Origin: Ostreococcus lucimarinus
Taxonomy: Eukaryota
Strand: one strand, 5' to 3'
Assembly (NCBI GenBank): GCA_000092065.1
Contig: CP000600.1
Length of the DNA: 64,000 nt
Shown here: in pieces, positions 40,046-50,746 of the stretch
Layout of the letters: each line of letters starts with the position of its first letter
Position numbering within the stretch: position 1 is the stretch's first letter
Position numbers and translations under genes: made by a program
The notes under the pieces: generated by a model
Told to the model about the DNA's origin: nothing
Database searches by the model: none
Seen by the model: the letters and a program-made list of their open reading frames with translations, nothing else

Positions 40046-40813
40046 CTAAAACCATTCCTGAAAGTCTATCGGAGCGTCGCACGCCGGGCACGTGTCGTCT
40101 CGCGACTGCACCGCCAAGTACTCTTGCCACTCCAAAATGCACGCCAAGTGGAAGTGGTGTCCACATCGAAGCGTTATCTTCGGATTCTCGGCCTCGTATT
40201 CCTCGAAACACGTCGGACAGGAGTTATCGTAATCTTCCGTCTCACTCCTGTGCGACTTTCTCGGCTCGCGCTCGCTCGATTTAATCCGCGCGAACTCGCG
40301 CTTAATCTCCGTCAAGTTGACCCCTCGCACGTCCGCCGTACTGAGACTCACGCTCGCCGCGCGTCGATGACCGATCGCGTCCTCATCCCTCGACATCATT
40401 TTTTCACCGTCACCGCTCGCCAATTCTCTCGCCGATCCACCGTTCGCGTCCTCCGCGCTCCCCTTGGCTCGCTCGACTTTCGCCTCGCGTCCCCGTCCCG
40501 TGCCGTCTCCCTCTCTTCGCATCATCCTCGACGCCCTCGGCGGCGCGCTCGTCGATCGCGCGTGTCCGTACGCCATCAGCGCATCGTCCGCGAGCGCGCC
40601 GTCGCTCCGTTTCGCGTGTTCACGCAGCAAATACGAGGAATCGAGCGCGCAGAGTTCGGCGCTTTCGGTCGTCGTCGTCGTCGTCGCGCTCGCGTCGTCG
40701 GCGCGCGCGTAGCCGCGCTCGGCGCGTCGGTCGAGCGCGTCGTCGTCGTCGTCGTCGTCGTAGCGCGTTCGCGCGCGAGGCGCGACGACGTCGTCGTCGC
40801 CGCAGCACCACAT
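40046..40813 (-). CDS. RING-H2 finger protein (putative E3 ubiquitin ligase). The N-terminal part is low complexity and the start is uncertain.
   Basis: C-terminal CPTCFEEYEAENPKITLRCGHHFHLACILEWQEYLAVQSRDDTCPACDAPI has C3H2C3 RING spacing. Confidence 0.7.
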   Translation of the reverse strand: MWCCGDDDVVAPRARTRYDDDDDDDALDRRAERGYARADDASATTTTTTESAELCALDSSYLLREHAKRSDGALADDALMAYGHARSTSAPPRASRMMRREGDGTGRGREAKVERAKGSAEDANGGSARELASGDGEKMMSRDEDAIGHRRAASVSLSTADVRGVNLTEIKREFARIKSSEREPRKSHRSETEDYDNSCPTCFEEYEAENPKITLRCGHHFHLACILEWQEYLAVQSRDDTCPACDAPIDFQEWF

Positions 40814-40948
40814 CGCCGACGGAATGTGACGCGTCGACCGGAGAAGACGCCTCGAAATCGAGCGCGAGAGAAGAGACGCGCGTCGGTCGAGGAGCGATGA
40901 CGCGCGCGACGTCGAGACGGTGCGATCGATGCGATGCGTTCAGTGAGA

Positions 40949-42220
40949 TCACAATGGGGCGAAGAACAAGTCCGGGGACAGGAACGCGCGCTGGGCGACG
41001 ACGCCGAGGGCGAGCAGGACGCCGTGGACGACGTGATAGCGCACGGCTAAATACTTGGTGTAGAACAGGTCTTCGATCGCGCCGGCGTCGGCGCGGTCTT
41101 GAGCGAAATCGACGATGTGCCGAGCGAGGGGGTAGGTGATGATTAAGCCGAAGACGGCGGTGTAGGGAAGCCAACCGGCGGCGGCGAGGGTGGCGATGGT
41201 GGCGTAGTGCGCGCCGATGAGGTTGTCGGCGACGAGGAGGGCTCCGGGTAAACCGAGGCGAACGACGGGACTGAGCTTGCCCGCCGCGCGATCGCCTTGC
41301 TCTTGATGGAAGTGTGAGGTGAACAGAATGAACGCCGTCGTGCATCCGAGCAAGATGGCGACGCTGGCCACGATGGCTGGGACGGTGACCGCCGCGCCGC
41401 CGGCGGCTTTTCCCGCCATGGCGATGTAAAACGCGACCGTCGCCAAAGGCCCGAACGCGGTGAAACAAAGCGGCTCGCCTAATCCTTTATACGATAACCT
41501 GAACGGCGGTCCTTGGTACGCGTATCCGAGCGCCACCGCCGCGACGAGCGCGCGCCACGACGTCGGATTCCCGCTCGCCTCGCACGCGCTCCACAACGCC
41601 GCGGCGCCGCCGACGAGACACCCGATCGCGATCGCGTGCACCGCGCGCACATTTCCATCCATCAATCGCACGATCGATTCCGGTTTCCTCGCGTCGACGT
41701 TCGTCTCCGAATCGAACGCGTCGTTTGACAAATTCAACCACGCGACGGTCGCCGTCGCCCCCGCGGCGAGCGTCCCCGCGTGCCTCCAATCCACGAATCC
41801 AAACTGACAATACGTCAACGCCGCCGCGCACAACAGCGGTATCCACGCCACGGCGTACATCGGCAGCTTCACCGCGCGCCACCACAACTCCAACCCGCGA
41901 TTCGCCGCCGCCTTCGTCGCCGCGCGTCTCGCCCGCGCCGCCTCCTCGTCGAAGCTCTCTCCCGCGCCCAGCGCGCCCGCGCGCGACGTCCGCGTCGCGA
42001 TTTCTTTCCCTCCCTCTCCCCTCGCGCGCCCGTTTTCCCTCGCGCGTCGCGCGCGCGCCTGGAATTCCCATCGCTCGCCGCCGCCGCCGATTCTCGTCGC
42101 GCGCCGTTCGACGTCCCGCGTCGTCGCGCGCCCGCGTCGCGATCGATCGGCGCGGACGCGGTCGACGCGCGCCGCGCATCGCGCCGCGCTCGCGCGTCGC
42201 GTCGCGCTCGCGATCCGCAT
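40949..42220 (-). CDS. UbiA-family prenyltransferase, most similar in pattern to MenA/ABC4 (1,4-dihydroxy-2-naphthoate phytyltransferase), with an N-terminal transit-like extension.
   Basis: LELWWRAVKLPMYAVAWIPLLCAAAL...NLSNDAFDSETNVDARKPESIV (NDxxDxxxxxD motif), then ~8 TM segments and the second Asp-rich region HFHQEQGDRAAG. The ORF runs to 42367. I chose the start MRIAS (~42220, +/-2). Confidence 0.55.
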   Translation of the reverse strand: MRIASATRRASAARCAARVDRVRADRSRRGRATTRDVERRATRIGGGGERWEFQARARRARENGRARGEGGKEIATRTSRAGALGAGESFDEEAARARRAATKAAANRGLELWWRAVKLPMYAVAWIPLLCAAALTYCQFGFVDWRHAGTLAAGATATVAWLNLSNDAFDSETNVDARKPESIVRLMDGNVRAVHAIAIGCLVGGAAALWSACEASGNPTSWRALVAAVALGYAYQGPPFRLSYKGLGEPLCFTAFGPLATVAFYIAMAGKAAGGAAVTVPAIVASVAILLGCTTAFILFTSHFHQEQGDRAAGKLSPVVRLGLPGALLVADNLIGAHYATIATLAAAGWLPYTAVFGLIITYPLARHIVDFAQDRADAGAIEDLFYTKYLAVRYHVVHGVLLALGVVAQRAFLSPDLFFAPL

Positions 42221-42778
42221 CGCGTCGACGTGTCGCGGCGACGACGCGGCCGACGATTCGATCGGTCGGTCCCCTGGATATCGTCTATTTGACGTCTCAC
42301 TGAAACACCATACGAAAATATTCGGACATCCGGTACTATCCAGAAAAGTCGCGCGAAACGTGCGCATCGTGCGATGCGTGAAGCCGATCTATATAGAGCG
42401 CGCGCGCGATAAATCGTCGACGCGCCGCGGCGCTTCCGAAGCGCCGCGGCGTCGCCGGCGCGAGTCGGCGTCGCGCGACGCGCGCGCGCGCGAGCGCCGA
42501 CGGCGCGTCGCGAACGCCGCGTCGCGTCGATGTCGCGCGCGTCGCGCGTCGCGCGCGTCGCGATGCGCGACGTCGCGCGCGCGATGACGGGACGCGACGT
42601 CGCGTCGACGGGACGCGCGCGCGGCGCGACGACGACGGCGGCGACGGCGCGGGCGGCGCGCGACGCGATCGGGGGGACGGGGCGGTGCGCGAGCGCGGGC
42701 GCGACGGTGGCGCGGACGCGCGCGCGCGAGCGGGCGGGGACGGGATGGCGGGCGTTCGAGCGCGCGAGGGGGACGACG

Positions 42779-42820
42779 AGCGCGAGCGCGAGCGCGAGCG
42801 CGAGCGCGAGCGCGAGCGCG
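42779..42820. repeat. (GCGAGC)n hexanucleotide repeat, ~7 units, encoding (AS)n just upstream of the Met of the next gene.
   Basis: gagcgcgagcgcgagcgcgagcgcgagcgcgagcgcg. Confidence 0.85.
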
Positions 42821-42838
42821 GCGACGGCGACGGACGCG

Positions 42839-43660
42839 ATGCGGCGCGTGAACGCGTTCATGGTGCGCGAACGCGAGATTCGAGTGTTCCCGGGGGCGCG
42901 GGGACGCGTCGCGACGTCGCTCTCGTCGGTGGCCGGGCACGTGAGTTTTTTGCTGTTGGGATACAGTTACATGACGAGCGATTTGTTGACGCTGAGGGCG
43001 CTCGCGGTCGGTGGATTGAGCGCGGCGGTCGTGTTTCAGTATTTTCGCGACGTTCCGCTGTGGTTGCCGATTCGCTGGAACGCGCTGTTCGTCGCGATTA
43101 ACGTGTTTTGGGTGGCGAAGTTGTACTACGACGAATACAACGCGGAACACTGGTGCACGACGGAGGAACGATCGCTGTACGATCGACACTTCTCTCACAT
43201 GGCGCTGAATTCGTTCAGAACGCTGTTGAAGCACGGGAAGTGGCGCGACATCGAGCGCGGATTCGAGTTCACGAAGGAGGGGAAGATGAACGAAAACGTG
43301 CACGTGCTGATCGACGGCTCGGCGGAGGTTTACGTCGGCGGGAAATCCGTCAACTCCATCGATGCCGGATCGTTCATCGGAGAAATGAGTTTAATGCGTT
43401 CGATCGCGGGATCGAACGCGAAGAAGCAATCCAAACGTCCGCGCGCGGCGAGCGCCACCGTCGTCGCCGCCGAACGCTGCAGAGTGTTTTCTTGGGACGA
43501 CGGAGAGTTGCGACAGCTCATCCAACAGAACGAACAAATCAAGAGCGGCGTGCAAGCCGCTTTCGGGGTTGGACTCGCTGAAAAGCTACTCACGACGCGC
43601 GTGATGAGCACGAAGGTGTTTGCGCAAGAACCGCAACGCGTCAGTCACGCGCTCGCGTGA
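42839..43660 (+). CDS. Small membrane protein (2 TM helices) with a C-terminal cyclic-nucleotide-binding-like domain.
   Basis: TM segments VSFLLLGYSYMTSDLLTLRALAVGGLSAAVVF and LPIRWNALFVAINVFWVAKLYY. CNB-like HVLIDGSAEVYVGGKSVNSIDAGSFIGEMSLMRS...RPRAASATVVAAERCRVFSWD (the GxxxGExAL...RxAT pattern). ORF 42530 upstream of Met-104 is low complexity. Confidence 0.55.
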   Translation: MRRVNAFMVREREIRVFPGARGRVATSLSSVAGHVSFLLLGYSYMTSDLLTLRALAVGGLSAAVVFQYFRDVPLWLPIRWNALFVAINVFWVAKLYYDEYNAEHWCTTEERSLYDRHFSHMALNSFRTLLKHGKWRDIERGFEFTKEGKMNENVHVLIDGSAEVYVGGKSVNSIDAGSFIGEMSLMRSIAGSNAKKQSKRPRAASATVVAAERCRVFSWDDGELRQLIQQNEQIKSGVQAAFGVGLAEKLLTTRVMSTKVFAQEPQRVSHALA

Positions 43661-43825
43661 GCGACGAAATTATTCGCGCCGCCGCTGTACAACGATATTT
43701 TTCTGGCGATTTTGTACCAACACGCCACGACACGACGCCACGACGAGAGCGACTTCTTACGATTAGTGCTTGCTATACGACTAAAACCTCTCTAACTACG
43801 ACTACCGGTACTACGAACGAATATT

Positions 43826-44833
43826 TCACGTGATGGCGCACCCGAGCCGCAACTTCGGCGGCGGTTGAAACTCGCCGTAGCCTCCCTCGCCGCAGGGAGT
43901 CAGCTTACCCACGCGAAACCTTTCCCAAATCCCTCTCGCTCTAGAACTATGCATCTCTAAATCTTCGGTGTTATCGCGCGCCATCGCGCGCAGTATCGGC
44001 GCCGGTCCGCTCGGGTGCGTCTTTAAAAACTCCGTCGCGTCGAACACGTCGCCCCGCGCGACGAGCATCGCCCTTCCTCGCGCCCTTCCTCGCCGCACCG
44101 CGCACGTCGTCCACGACCCATCGCTCACGCTCGTCTCTCCGCGCCCGTACGTCGCTCGACACGTCGCGCACGTCCAATCGTCGTCGTCGCCGCCTCGCGC
44201 GTCGTCCCCCTCGCCGCCAACCCTCGCGCGCGTCCCGCGTCCGCGCTCTTCGTCTTCCGTCAGCGCGTGCGCCGCCCGCGCGTGCTGCACCGCCAACGCC
44301 CGCGCCCGCGCGTCCTCGCTCGAGTCCTCGGCCGTCCACGCGCGCTCCCGCGTCGGTTTCACGTCCAATCGCGCCGCCGCTTCAACGGCCGTGTTATCCC
44401 TTCTCGACGCCACCGCGCGCGCGCGCGCGCGCGCCAGCGTCCCCATCGCGCGCCGCGCGTTCGCCCTCGACTTTCGCCGCGCGTTCGCGCCGCGCGCGTC
44501 GCGTCGCGACGCCGCCGCGACGCGAGCGCGCGTCTCGAAGTGCCGCGGCGATTCCATTCGCGTCAGAGCGTCGCGCGCGACGCGCGCCATGCGTCGCGCC
44601 GTCGCGTCGTCGGCGACGACGCTCGCGCGTCGCGCGTACCGCGCCGAGGCCTCGCCCGCGGACCGCGCGAGGGCGCTCGCGCTGAGCGCGCCGCTCGGGT
44701 TCGTCGCCGGCGCGTTCGGCGCGTGCGTCGGCGTCGGCGGCGGCGCGCTGATCGCGCCCGTCGTCGCGAGCGCGGCCAAGACGGTGCCGCAGCGCGTCGT
44801 GAGCGGGACGTCGCTCGTCGCCGTCGTCGGCAC
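43826..44833 (-). CDS. Cytochrome b5-like heme-binding domain protein. Only the C-terminal ~110 aa (about 43826..44160) are convincing, and the start is unresolved.
   Basis: GDVFDATEFLKTHPSGPAPILRAMARDNTEDLEMHSSRARGIWERF matches the cyt-b5 motif (VYDVTxFxxxHPGGxxxL...GxDATxxFxxxxHS). Upstream ORF sequence is Arg/Ala junk and overlaps the TauE gene on the other strand. Confidence 0.35.
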   Translation of the reverse strand: MPTTATSDVPLTTRCGTVLAALATTGAISAPPPTPTHAPNAPATNPSGALSASALARSAGEASARYARRASVVADDATARRMARVARDALTRMESPRHFETRARVAAASRRDARGANARRKSRANARRAMGTLARARARAVASRRDNTAVEAAARLDVKPTRERAWTAEDSSEDARARALAVQHARAAHALTEDEERGRGTRARVGGEGDDARGGDDDDWTCATCRATYGRGETSVSDGSWTTCAVRRGRARGRAMLVARGDVFDATEFLKTHPSGPAPILRAMARDNTEDLEMHSSRARGIWERFRVGKLTPCGEGGYGEFQPPPKLRLGCAIT

Positions 44834-45446
44834 GGCGAGCGCGAGCGCGGGGACGTTCGCGCGGGAGGGGCTGACGGATCACGCGGCGGCGGCGCTCCTG
44901 GGCGGCGCGGCGACGCTGAGCGCGCCGCTGGGCGCGCGAATGACGGCGAGGGTGGACTGCGCGGCGCTGCGTCGAACGCTGGCGTGGTTCTTGGCGGGCG
45001 CGGCGCCGATGGTGCCGCTGAAGGCGGTGGCGTTTCGCGCGAGGGAGAGCGGCGAGGGAGGGAAGGAAAAGTTTGACGCGGCGGCGTCGGCGCCGACGCT
45101 CGTCGCGGTGGGAGCGACGGCGGGATTCGCGAGCGGGTTGCTCGGGATCGGCGGTGGAACGCTCGTGACGCCGTTGCTGGCGCTGGTGTCGCCGTTGCCG
45201 CAAGCCGCGGTGCTCGGGACGTCGTTGTTGGCGATGCTTCCGCCGTCCGTCGTCGCGCTCGGGACGCATTATAGGATGGGAAACGTGGACCCGCGCATGG
45301 GCGCCGCGCTCGCGGTCGGCACGGCGTTGGGCGGCGCGTTCGGGAGCTCGTTCGCGGTCGACGCCCCGCGGGGGGCGCTCGAGGCGGTGTTCTTCTTCGG
45401 GATGCTGTTCCTGTCCAACAGGACTTTTCGATCGCTCAGAAAATAG
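44589..45446 (+). CDS. TauE/SafE (DUF81) family anion-exporter-type membrane protein.
   Basis: Duplicated GxGGG motifs: GACVGVGGGALIAPVV and LLGIGGGTLVTPLL, in a 4+4 TM arrangement. I chose the start MRRAVASS. ORF 43968 upstream is non-coding-like. Confidence 0.7.
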   Translation: MRRAVASSATTLARRAYRAEASPADRARALALSAPLGFVAGAFGACVGVGGGALIAPVVASAAKTVPQRVVSGTSLVAVVGTASASAGTFAREGLTDHAAAALLGGAATLSAPLGARMTARVDCAALRRTLAWFLAGAAPMVPLKAVAFRARESGEGGKEKFDAAASAPTLVAVGATAGFASGLLGIGGGTLVTPLLALVSPLPQAAVLGTSLLAMLPPSVVALGTHYRMGNVDPRMGAALAVGTALGGAFGSSFAVDAPRGALEAVFFFGMLFLSNRTFRSLRK

Positions 45447-45525
45447 CGCGAAAGAAACGTCGCGATGGTCGCGAGGTTTGGCTACTAGTCGTTGTATTGC
45501 TACCGTATAGTCGCTATTGTTTTGT

Positions 45526-47250
45526 TCAAATGTCTCCAGAGTCGCGAAACATGGCCACCGCGGCGGCGGTGGACGCGCGGCGCGCGCGGCGCGTCTCCGG
45601 CGACTTCTTCCGCGCCGTCGTCGGTTTCGGGGGCGATCCCGGCGGCGGCGGCGGCTGTTCGACGCCGGGAATGCGAGGCGGAAGACCGCCAGGCTTGGGC
45701 GCAGCGGCTGGCGAAGCGAGCGTGTTCGCCGCTTCTTCCGCCTTCCACTCCGCCATCAACTTTGCCTGCAGTTCCTCCGCGGAAGTCGGCCAACGGTGCG
45801 CTTCTTCGCGTTCTCGCTCTTCTTCTCGTTCTCGTTGCTGGCGCGCGCGCTCGTGCCGATGCGGTCGTCGTCGACTCGCGCCGTCGCCGTCGCGCCAGTT
45901 TCGATCGCCGCGCACGATTTTCTCGTCCCATTTACGCGCGTTCGCCATCTGGTACTCGTGTATCTTAATGTGCTCTTCAAGCCATTCCTCGTACTCTTCG
46001 TTCGTCTCCCGCTGCCCGGGCTGCCAACCCGGCGGCTTTTGATACACTCGTCCGGGCGTCCAAGTCTTCGACGGCACGTCGCCTTCCCAAACGCTCCGAC
46101 CACCTATGAGTCTGACGTCGTGCATCACTTCGTCAAAGTTTCCGATCAGTTCACCGAGCTTATTGAACGGCTCGGGCGCGCGCTGACGAAGTTTGAAGAA
46201 TAAATGCCCCGCCGCCGTGACGCGATCCTCGGGCATGGGCTTGACGCGGACTTCTCTCGTGACGGGATCGAAGTGCATCACACGTCCCTGATAATACTCA
46301 CCGCTCACGCCGGGCGTGGGATGGCGTAATTTGTACGCGATAAAATCCGATCTCTTGAGCGTCGTCGCAGTCGGGAACTCCCGCACTTCGTCGTCCGGCA
46401 ACTCGCTCCGGAAGACGTTGAGTTCCCACGCCCCGGCGCCGGATTCGCGAACATCTCGCCGAAACTGATCTCTCTTTGCCAAAATTCTGGCCGCATCGCT
46501 CTCCGGATCGGGCACATACGGCGTGCTGATGTGCACGTAATCCCCCGCGCGCTTTGGTTTCGGTTTCGCGTCGTAATCCGGCAAAGGCTCGGGCGCGTAC
46601 GTCGTCTTCTTCCGCCGTCTTTCCTCCGCCCGTCCCGCCTCACAGTTTTCCTCATCCGTACTATCGCTCACCACTTGTAAATCCTCCAACGTATCAAATT
46701 CTACGCGTCGTTTCGCGCGTTTATTACTCTTCCGCTTCGCGCTCCGACTCCGCTTCGTCGACGCGCCGCCGTCGTCGCCCAATCGAAGCGTCCTCGCGCC
46801 TTCCTCCTCTCCATCGCTCACCGCCGGCGCCAACGGTCGATGCTCGCTCTGGAATATCTCCCCGATCGCTCGCGGCGAGGCGCGCGCGTCCGCGCGCCTC
46901 CCCGCGTCCGCGCGTCGTCTCGCTCGCACCACGTCGTCGTCCCGCACCACGTCCCTCGCCAAGCACTCGTCCAGCAATTCGTACCCATCGATCTCCAGCC
47001 TCACCTCGGACGCGTCGAAAGCGTCCTCCGCGAGCAGACCGCGCGCGCGAAACGCGCCGGCGATGCGCGCGCGGACGTCGCGAACGAATTCACGCTCGTG
47101 GATTGGCCACAGGAAGCGCTTGAAACCGAGCGCGGTGACGCGCGCGTCGTCGCCGGCGTCCACTTCGACGCGCGCGCGCGTCGTGGACGACGGCGACGAC
47201 GCGCGCGCGAGCTCGGCGGACGCGCTCGGGACGACGGCGCGATCGGACAT
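45526..47250 (-). CDS. Coilin-like protein (Cajal-body scaffold homologue): N-terminal self-association-type domain and an atypical Tudor-like domain.
   Basis: N-terminus RVEVDAGDDARVTALGFKRFLWPIHEREFVRDVRARIAGAF...VRLEIDGYELLDE parallels the coilin N-terminus (VRLRLQFDY...[28 protein letters not shown]...LYLEGGLL). The Tudor-like DFIAYKLRHPTPGVSGEYYQGRVMHFDPVTREVRVKP matches coilin KIAFKLLEL...[23 protein letters not shown]. This is a family-level call from memory. Confidence 0.5.
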   Translation of the reverse strand: MSDRAVVPSASAELARASSPSSTTRARVEVDAGDDARVTALGFKRFLWPIHEREFVRDVRARIAGAFRARGLLAEDAFDASEVRLEIDGYELLDECLARDVVRDDDVVRARRRADAGRRADARASPRAIGEIFQSEHRPLAPAVSDGEEEGARTLRLGDDGGASTKRSRSAKRKSNKRAKRRVEFDTLEDLQVVSDSTDEENCEAGRAEERRRKKTTYAPEPLPDYDAKPKPKRAGDYVHISTPYVPDPESDAARILAKRDQFRRDVRESGAGAWELNVFRSELPDDEVREFPTATTLKRSDFIAYKLRHPTPGVSGEYYQGRVMHFDPVTREVRVKPMPEDRVTAAGHLFFKLRQRAPEPFNKLGELIGNFDEVMHDVRLIGGRSVWEGDVPSKTWTPGRVYQKPPGWQPGQRETNEEYEEWLEEHIKIHEYQMANARKWDEKIVRGDRNWRDGDGASRRRPHRHERARQQREREEEREREEAHRWPTSAEELQAKLMAEWKAEEAANTLASPAAAPKPGGLPPRIPGVEQPPPPPGSPPKPTTARKKSPETRRARRASTAAAVAMFRDSGDI

Positions 47251-47288
47251 CGGCGCGTTGTGCGGCGGCGGCCGGCGGGCGAGCTTTG

Positions 47289-48383
47289 TTACAAACAGTA
47301 CGGATACCACAGTTCAACGACGGAATCGGCGCCGTACCAACGAGTCGGTTTCGTCGGGCCGTGGTACACGCCGGGCAAGATGACGTGTTCAGAGCCCGTC
47401 AGGGCGTGGGCGGTGTCGATCGGGGTGACGCCGTCGCCGCGGACGTCGGCTCTTCCGCAGTTGGCGGCGTACGAAACTCCGATCGTGAACGCTTCCCAAG
47501 CGGCGCGCACGCGATCGACGAGCGGTCGCTTGGTGTCACTCCTATCGCACAGCGCGTCAAAGAGCTCGAAATTCGCCGAGCCGCGGGCGTAATCACCGAC
47601 GACGTCGACGTATCGCACGTCGGCGCGATACGCGCCCGGATAATAATAATTCGTAAACGCGAGCGACGACCCTCGCGCGTCGTCCGGCATCGACTCGCTC
47701 TCCCCCGGTCTATTCTCTCTCACGCGACCGAACGGATACTTCTCCAAGCTCCCGTGCGGCGCGCCGAGCGTGATCAACGCGTCCACGAATCGCGCGCCGT
47801 CGTACGGCGCTTCGCCGCGATACGCCCGCGCGTCGCCCAAATACAACCGCCCCAACCACCCTCCCGCGCTGTGTCCGACCAAGCACACCCTCTCACCGCC
47901 ATCCCTCGCCGCCTCTCGCGCGCACGCGTCGACGACGTCTAAAATCTCCTCGAACGAACCGCCGCGCAGCGTCCCGAACCACATCTCTCGCTTCACCGGC
48001 GCGACGCGCACGCGCGCGTCGTCCCCGATCGCTCGCGCCAGCGCGCGCGCGACGCCCTCGTACGCGTCGCTCCCGGTCAAAAATCCCGGCACGACGACGA
48101 CCCGACGCCCGCGCGCGCGCGCCGCTCGCGCCGCGCCGCGCGCCGCTCGCGCCGCGCCGCGCGAAGCTGCAGATATTTCGAGCGGCGCGAACGACGTCGC
48201 GCGTCGTCCGCGCCCGCGCGTCGCCGCGCGCGCCGCCGACGACGCGCGCCATCGACGCGGCGTATTTTTAACGCGCGTCCGCGCGAGCCGCGACGCCATT
48301 CGCGCCGTCGAGTCGCGGTCGAGGCGTCGTCTCGCGTCGACGACGCGACGCGCGGCGCGCGCGGGCGCGGCACAACGCGCCAT
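47289..48383 (-). CDS. Alpha/beta-hydrolase fold protein (putative lipase/esterase with a GHSAGG nucleophile elbow).
   Basis: VVVVPGFLTGSDAY...RVCLVGHSAGGWLGRLYLG (GxSxG) ... RGDGVTPIDTAH (Asp/His candidates). The N-terminal 80 aa are Arg/Ala-rich (targeting or spurious). Alternative start MASRLART at ~48299. Confidence 0.65.
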   Translation of the reverse strand: MARCAAPARAARRVVDARRRLDRDSTARMASRLARTRVKNTPRRWRASSAARAATRGRGRRATSFAPLEISAASRGAARAARGAARAARARGRRVVVVPGFLTGSDAYEGVARALARAIGDDARVRVAPVKREMWFGTLRGGSFEEILDVVDACAREAARDGGERVCLVGHSAGGWLGRLYLGDARAYRGEAPYDGARFVDALITLGAPHGSLEKYPFGRVRENRPGESESMPDDARGSSLAFTNYYYPGAYRADVRYVDVVGDYARGSANFELFDALCDRSDTKRPLVDRVRAAWEAFTIGVSYAANCGRADVRGDGVTPIDTAHALTGSEHVILPGVYHGPTKPTRWYGADSVVELWYPYCL

Positions 48384-49116
48384 GGTGTTCTTCTTCGACT
48401 GGTTCTACGACGTCCTCGCCAGTCTCGGGCTGTGGCAGAAGAATGCGAAGATACTGTTTTTGGTGCGTCGTTTGAGCGTGCGAGACGGCGCGCGCGCGCG
48501 TCGCGGCGCGCGAAAACGACGGAAAAGATGAAGATCGCGACGCAACGGGCCGCGACGAAAGTCGACGGATTTCGTGTGACTGACGCGCGCGCGAACGGTT
48601 TTAACGCACGCGCAGGGGTTAGATAACGCGGGGAAAACGACATTGATGCACATGCTCAAGGATGAACGATTGGCGCAGCATCAGCCGACGCAGTACCCGA
48701 CGAGCGAGGAGTTGTCGATCGGGCAGATCCGGTTCAAGGCGTTTGATTTGGGCGGACACGAAGTCGCGCGACGCGTGTGGAAGGATTACTACGCCAAGGT
48801 GGATGCGATCGTGTTTCTCGTCGATGCGGTGGATAAGGAGCGGTTCATGGAGAGTAAGAAGGAGCTCGATTCTTTGCTCGGCGATGATTCGCTCGGGAAC
48901 GTGCCGTTTTTGATTTTGGGGAATAAGATTGACATTCCGCACGCGGCGAGCGAGGAGGAGTTACGACACTGCTTGGGATTGACGAATTACACCACGGGGA
49001 AGGGTAAGGTGAACTTGGAGAACACGAACATGCGACCGATTGAAGTTTTCATGTGCTCCGTCGTTCGTCGCATGGGATACGCCGAGGGTTTCAGATGGGT
49101 CAGCCAGTACATCTGA
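48381..49116 (+). CDS. SAR1: SAR1 COPII GTPase. Two exons: 48381..48461 and 48616..49116, with a 154-bp GT-AG intron.
   Basis: Exon 1 [27 protein letters not shown]|gtgcgt. Exon 2 after cgcag| begins [48 protein letters not shown]... and runs to ...[22 protein letters not shown]. It is colinear with SAR1 (MFLFDWF...[23 protein letters not shown]...). The exon 2 frame is track ORF 48643. Confidence 0.9.
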
Positions 49117-49315
49117 GAGTTTTTAGCGCATCTAATTTAGCCGCGGCGCCTCAAACGCGACGCAAATTGTATTGAAAGACGACAGCATCATCATCGGCTA
49201 AATGAGCGAAATGATTTGAAACAAAATCATGGTGTGTGAACATTGCAAATTTCGTAATTCATCGTGCTGATGAGTGATATAAATGAACAGAGTAAAGCGC
49301 GCGCGTTTCAAAAAC

Positions 49316-50746
49316 TCACAGAGACTGCGTGTACTTGCCTTCAGCCTTCTCGAAACCGATGGTCGGGAATTGCGTGGCGAACTCCTCGACATCCTTGGTC
49401 AGTTGCGTGAGCTCCGGCCACTCCTTGGACTCGAGCGCGGCGCGGAAGTCCTTGAGCTTGGTGCCTTCAGACTTGGACTTGACGTCTTGCGCGATTTTGA
49501 TGCCGCGAACGATGAACTCGGCGACTTGTTCAAAATCCTTCTCGGTGAAACCACGCGAGGTCAACGCCGGAGTACCGATGCGCAAACCACCCGGCACCAT
49601 GGCAGAAACGTCACCCGGGACGGTGTTCTTGTTGCACGCGATGTGCGCGAGCTCCAAGACGCGCTCGACGCGAGAGCCGTCGACGCCCATCGGGCGCAAG
49701 TCGAGCAAAGCGAGATGGTTATCCGTACCCCCAGACACAAGCTTGATACCGTGTTGGACGAGGCGGTTCGCCATGGCTTGCATGTTGCTCATGACTTGCC
49801 TTTGGTAAGCCTTGAACTCCGGGCTAGCCGCTTGCTTGAGCGCCACCGCGAGACCGGCGATGGTGTGGTTGTGGGGACCCCCTTGGAGACCCGGGAAGAC
49901 GGCGAAATCAATCTTGCTCTCCAAATCGTACATGATCGGGTTGCCTTTCTTATCCTTGCCCTTCTCACCCTTACGGTAGAAGATCATCGCACCACGCGGG
50001 CCTCGGAGAGACTTGTGCGTGGTCGTGGTGACGACATCGGCGTAGTCGAACGGCGACGGCACCTCGCCCGCGGCGACCAAACCGGAAATGTGCGCCATGT
50101 CGGCGAGCAAGATGGCGTTGGAGTTGTCCGCAATCTTGCGCATTCGCGGGTAATCGTACAAACGCGCGTAGGCGGACGCACCGGCGACGATCAACTTCGG
50201 GCGAACCAAAGCCGCAGTCTTTTCGCACGCGTCGTAGTCAATCAAGCCGGTGGACTCGTCCAAGCGGTACGGCACGGAAGTGAAAAAGATGGACGTCGCA
50301 CTAATCTTCTTCGTGTCGGTTTGGTAACCGTGCGACAAGTGACCACCGTGCGGCAAATCGAGCGCCATGATCTTATCGTGCGGCTGCAAAAGCGCGGTGT
50401 ACACCTGGAAGTTCGCGGGCGAACCCGAGAGCGACTGCACGTTCACCCCCCACTTCGCCGGGTCCAGGTTGAACGCCTTGAGCGCGCGCTCTTGGCACAT
50501 CGACTCAGCCATATCGATGAACTCGTTACCACCGTAATAACGCGCTCCCGGGTAACCCTCAGAGTACTTGTTCGTCATGATGGACCCCACGGCGTCCATC
50601 ACCGACTTCGACACGAAATTTTCCGAAGGAATGAGTTCGAGCCCCTTCCACTGTCGCGCCTTTTCCCGCTCGATGATCTCCGACATCTCCGGATCGACCT
50701 CTTCGATCGGTTTATTGATAATTTCCGGCCACTGCGCGCGCATCAC
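49316..50746 (-). CDS. SHMT: Serine hydroxymethyltransferase (cytosolic type, no presequence).
   Basis: Full-length match: [44 protein letters not shown] (PLP-Lys region), [23 protein letters not shown]. Confidence 0.95.
   Translation of the reverse strand: MMRAQWPEIINKPIEEVDPEMSEIIEREKARQWKGLELIPSENFVSKSVMDAVGSIMTNKYSEGYPGARYYGGNEFIDMAESMCQERALKAFNLDPAKWGVNVQSLSGSPANFQVYTALLQPHDKIMALDLPHGGHLSHGYQTDTKKISATSIFFTSVPYRLDESTGLIDYDACEKTAALVRPKLIVAGASAYARLYDYPRMRKIADNSNAILLADMAHISGLVAAGEVPSPFDYADVVTTTTHKSLRGPRGAMIFYRKGEKGKDKKGNPIMYDLESKIDFAVFPGLQGGPHNHTIAGLAVALKQAASPEFKAYQRQVMSNMQAMANRLVQHGIKLVSGGTDNHLALLDLRPMGVDGSRVERVLELAHIACNKNTVPGDVSAMVPGGLRIGTPALTSRGFTEKDFEQVAEFIVRGIKIAQDVKSKSEGTKLKDFRAALESKEWPELTQLTKDVEEFATQFPTIGFEKAEGKYTQSL

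Noticed and set aside
41487-42861. ORFs 41487..42179 (-), 41725..42303 (+), 41780..42292 (+) and 41869..42861 (-).
   Set aside because: They overlap the MenA-like gene's N-terminal low-complexity region and intergenic CG-rich DNA, and are poly-Arg/Ala.
44267-45269. ORFs 44267..45076 (+) and 44394..45269 (-).
   Set aside because: They are alternative-frame or antisense shadows of the TauE gene (Arg-rich).
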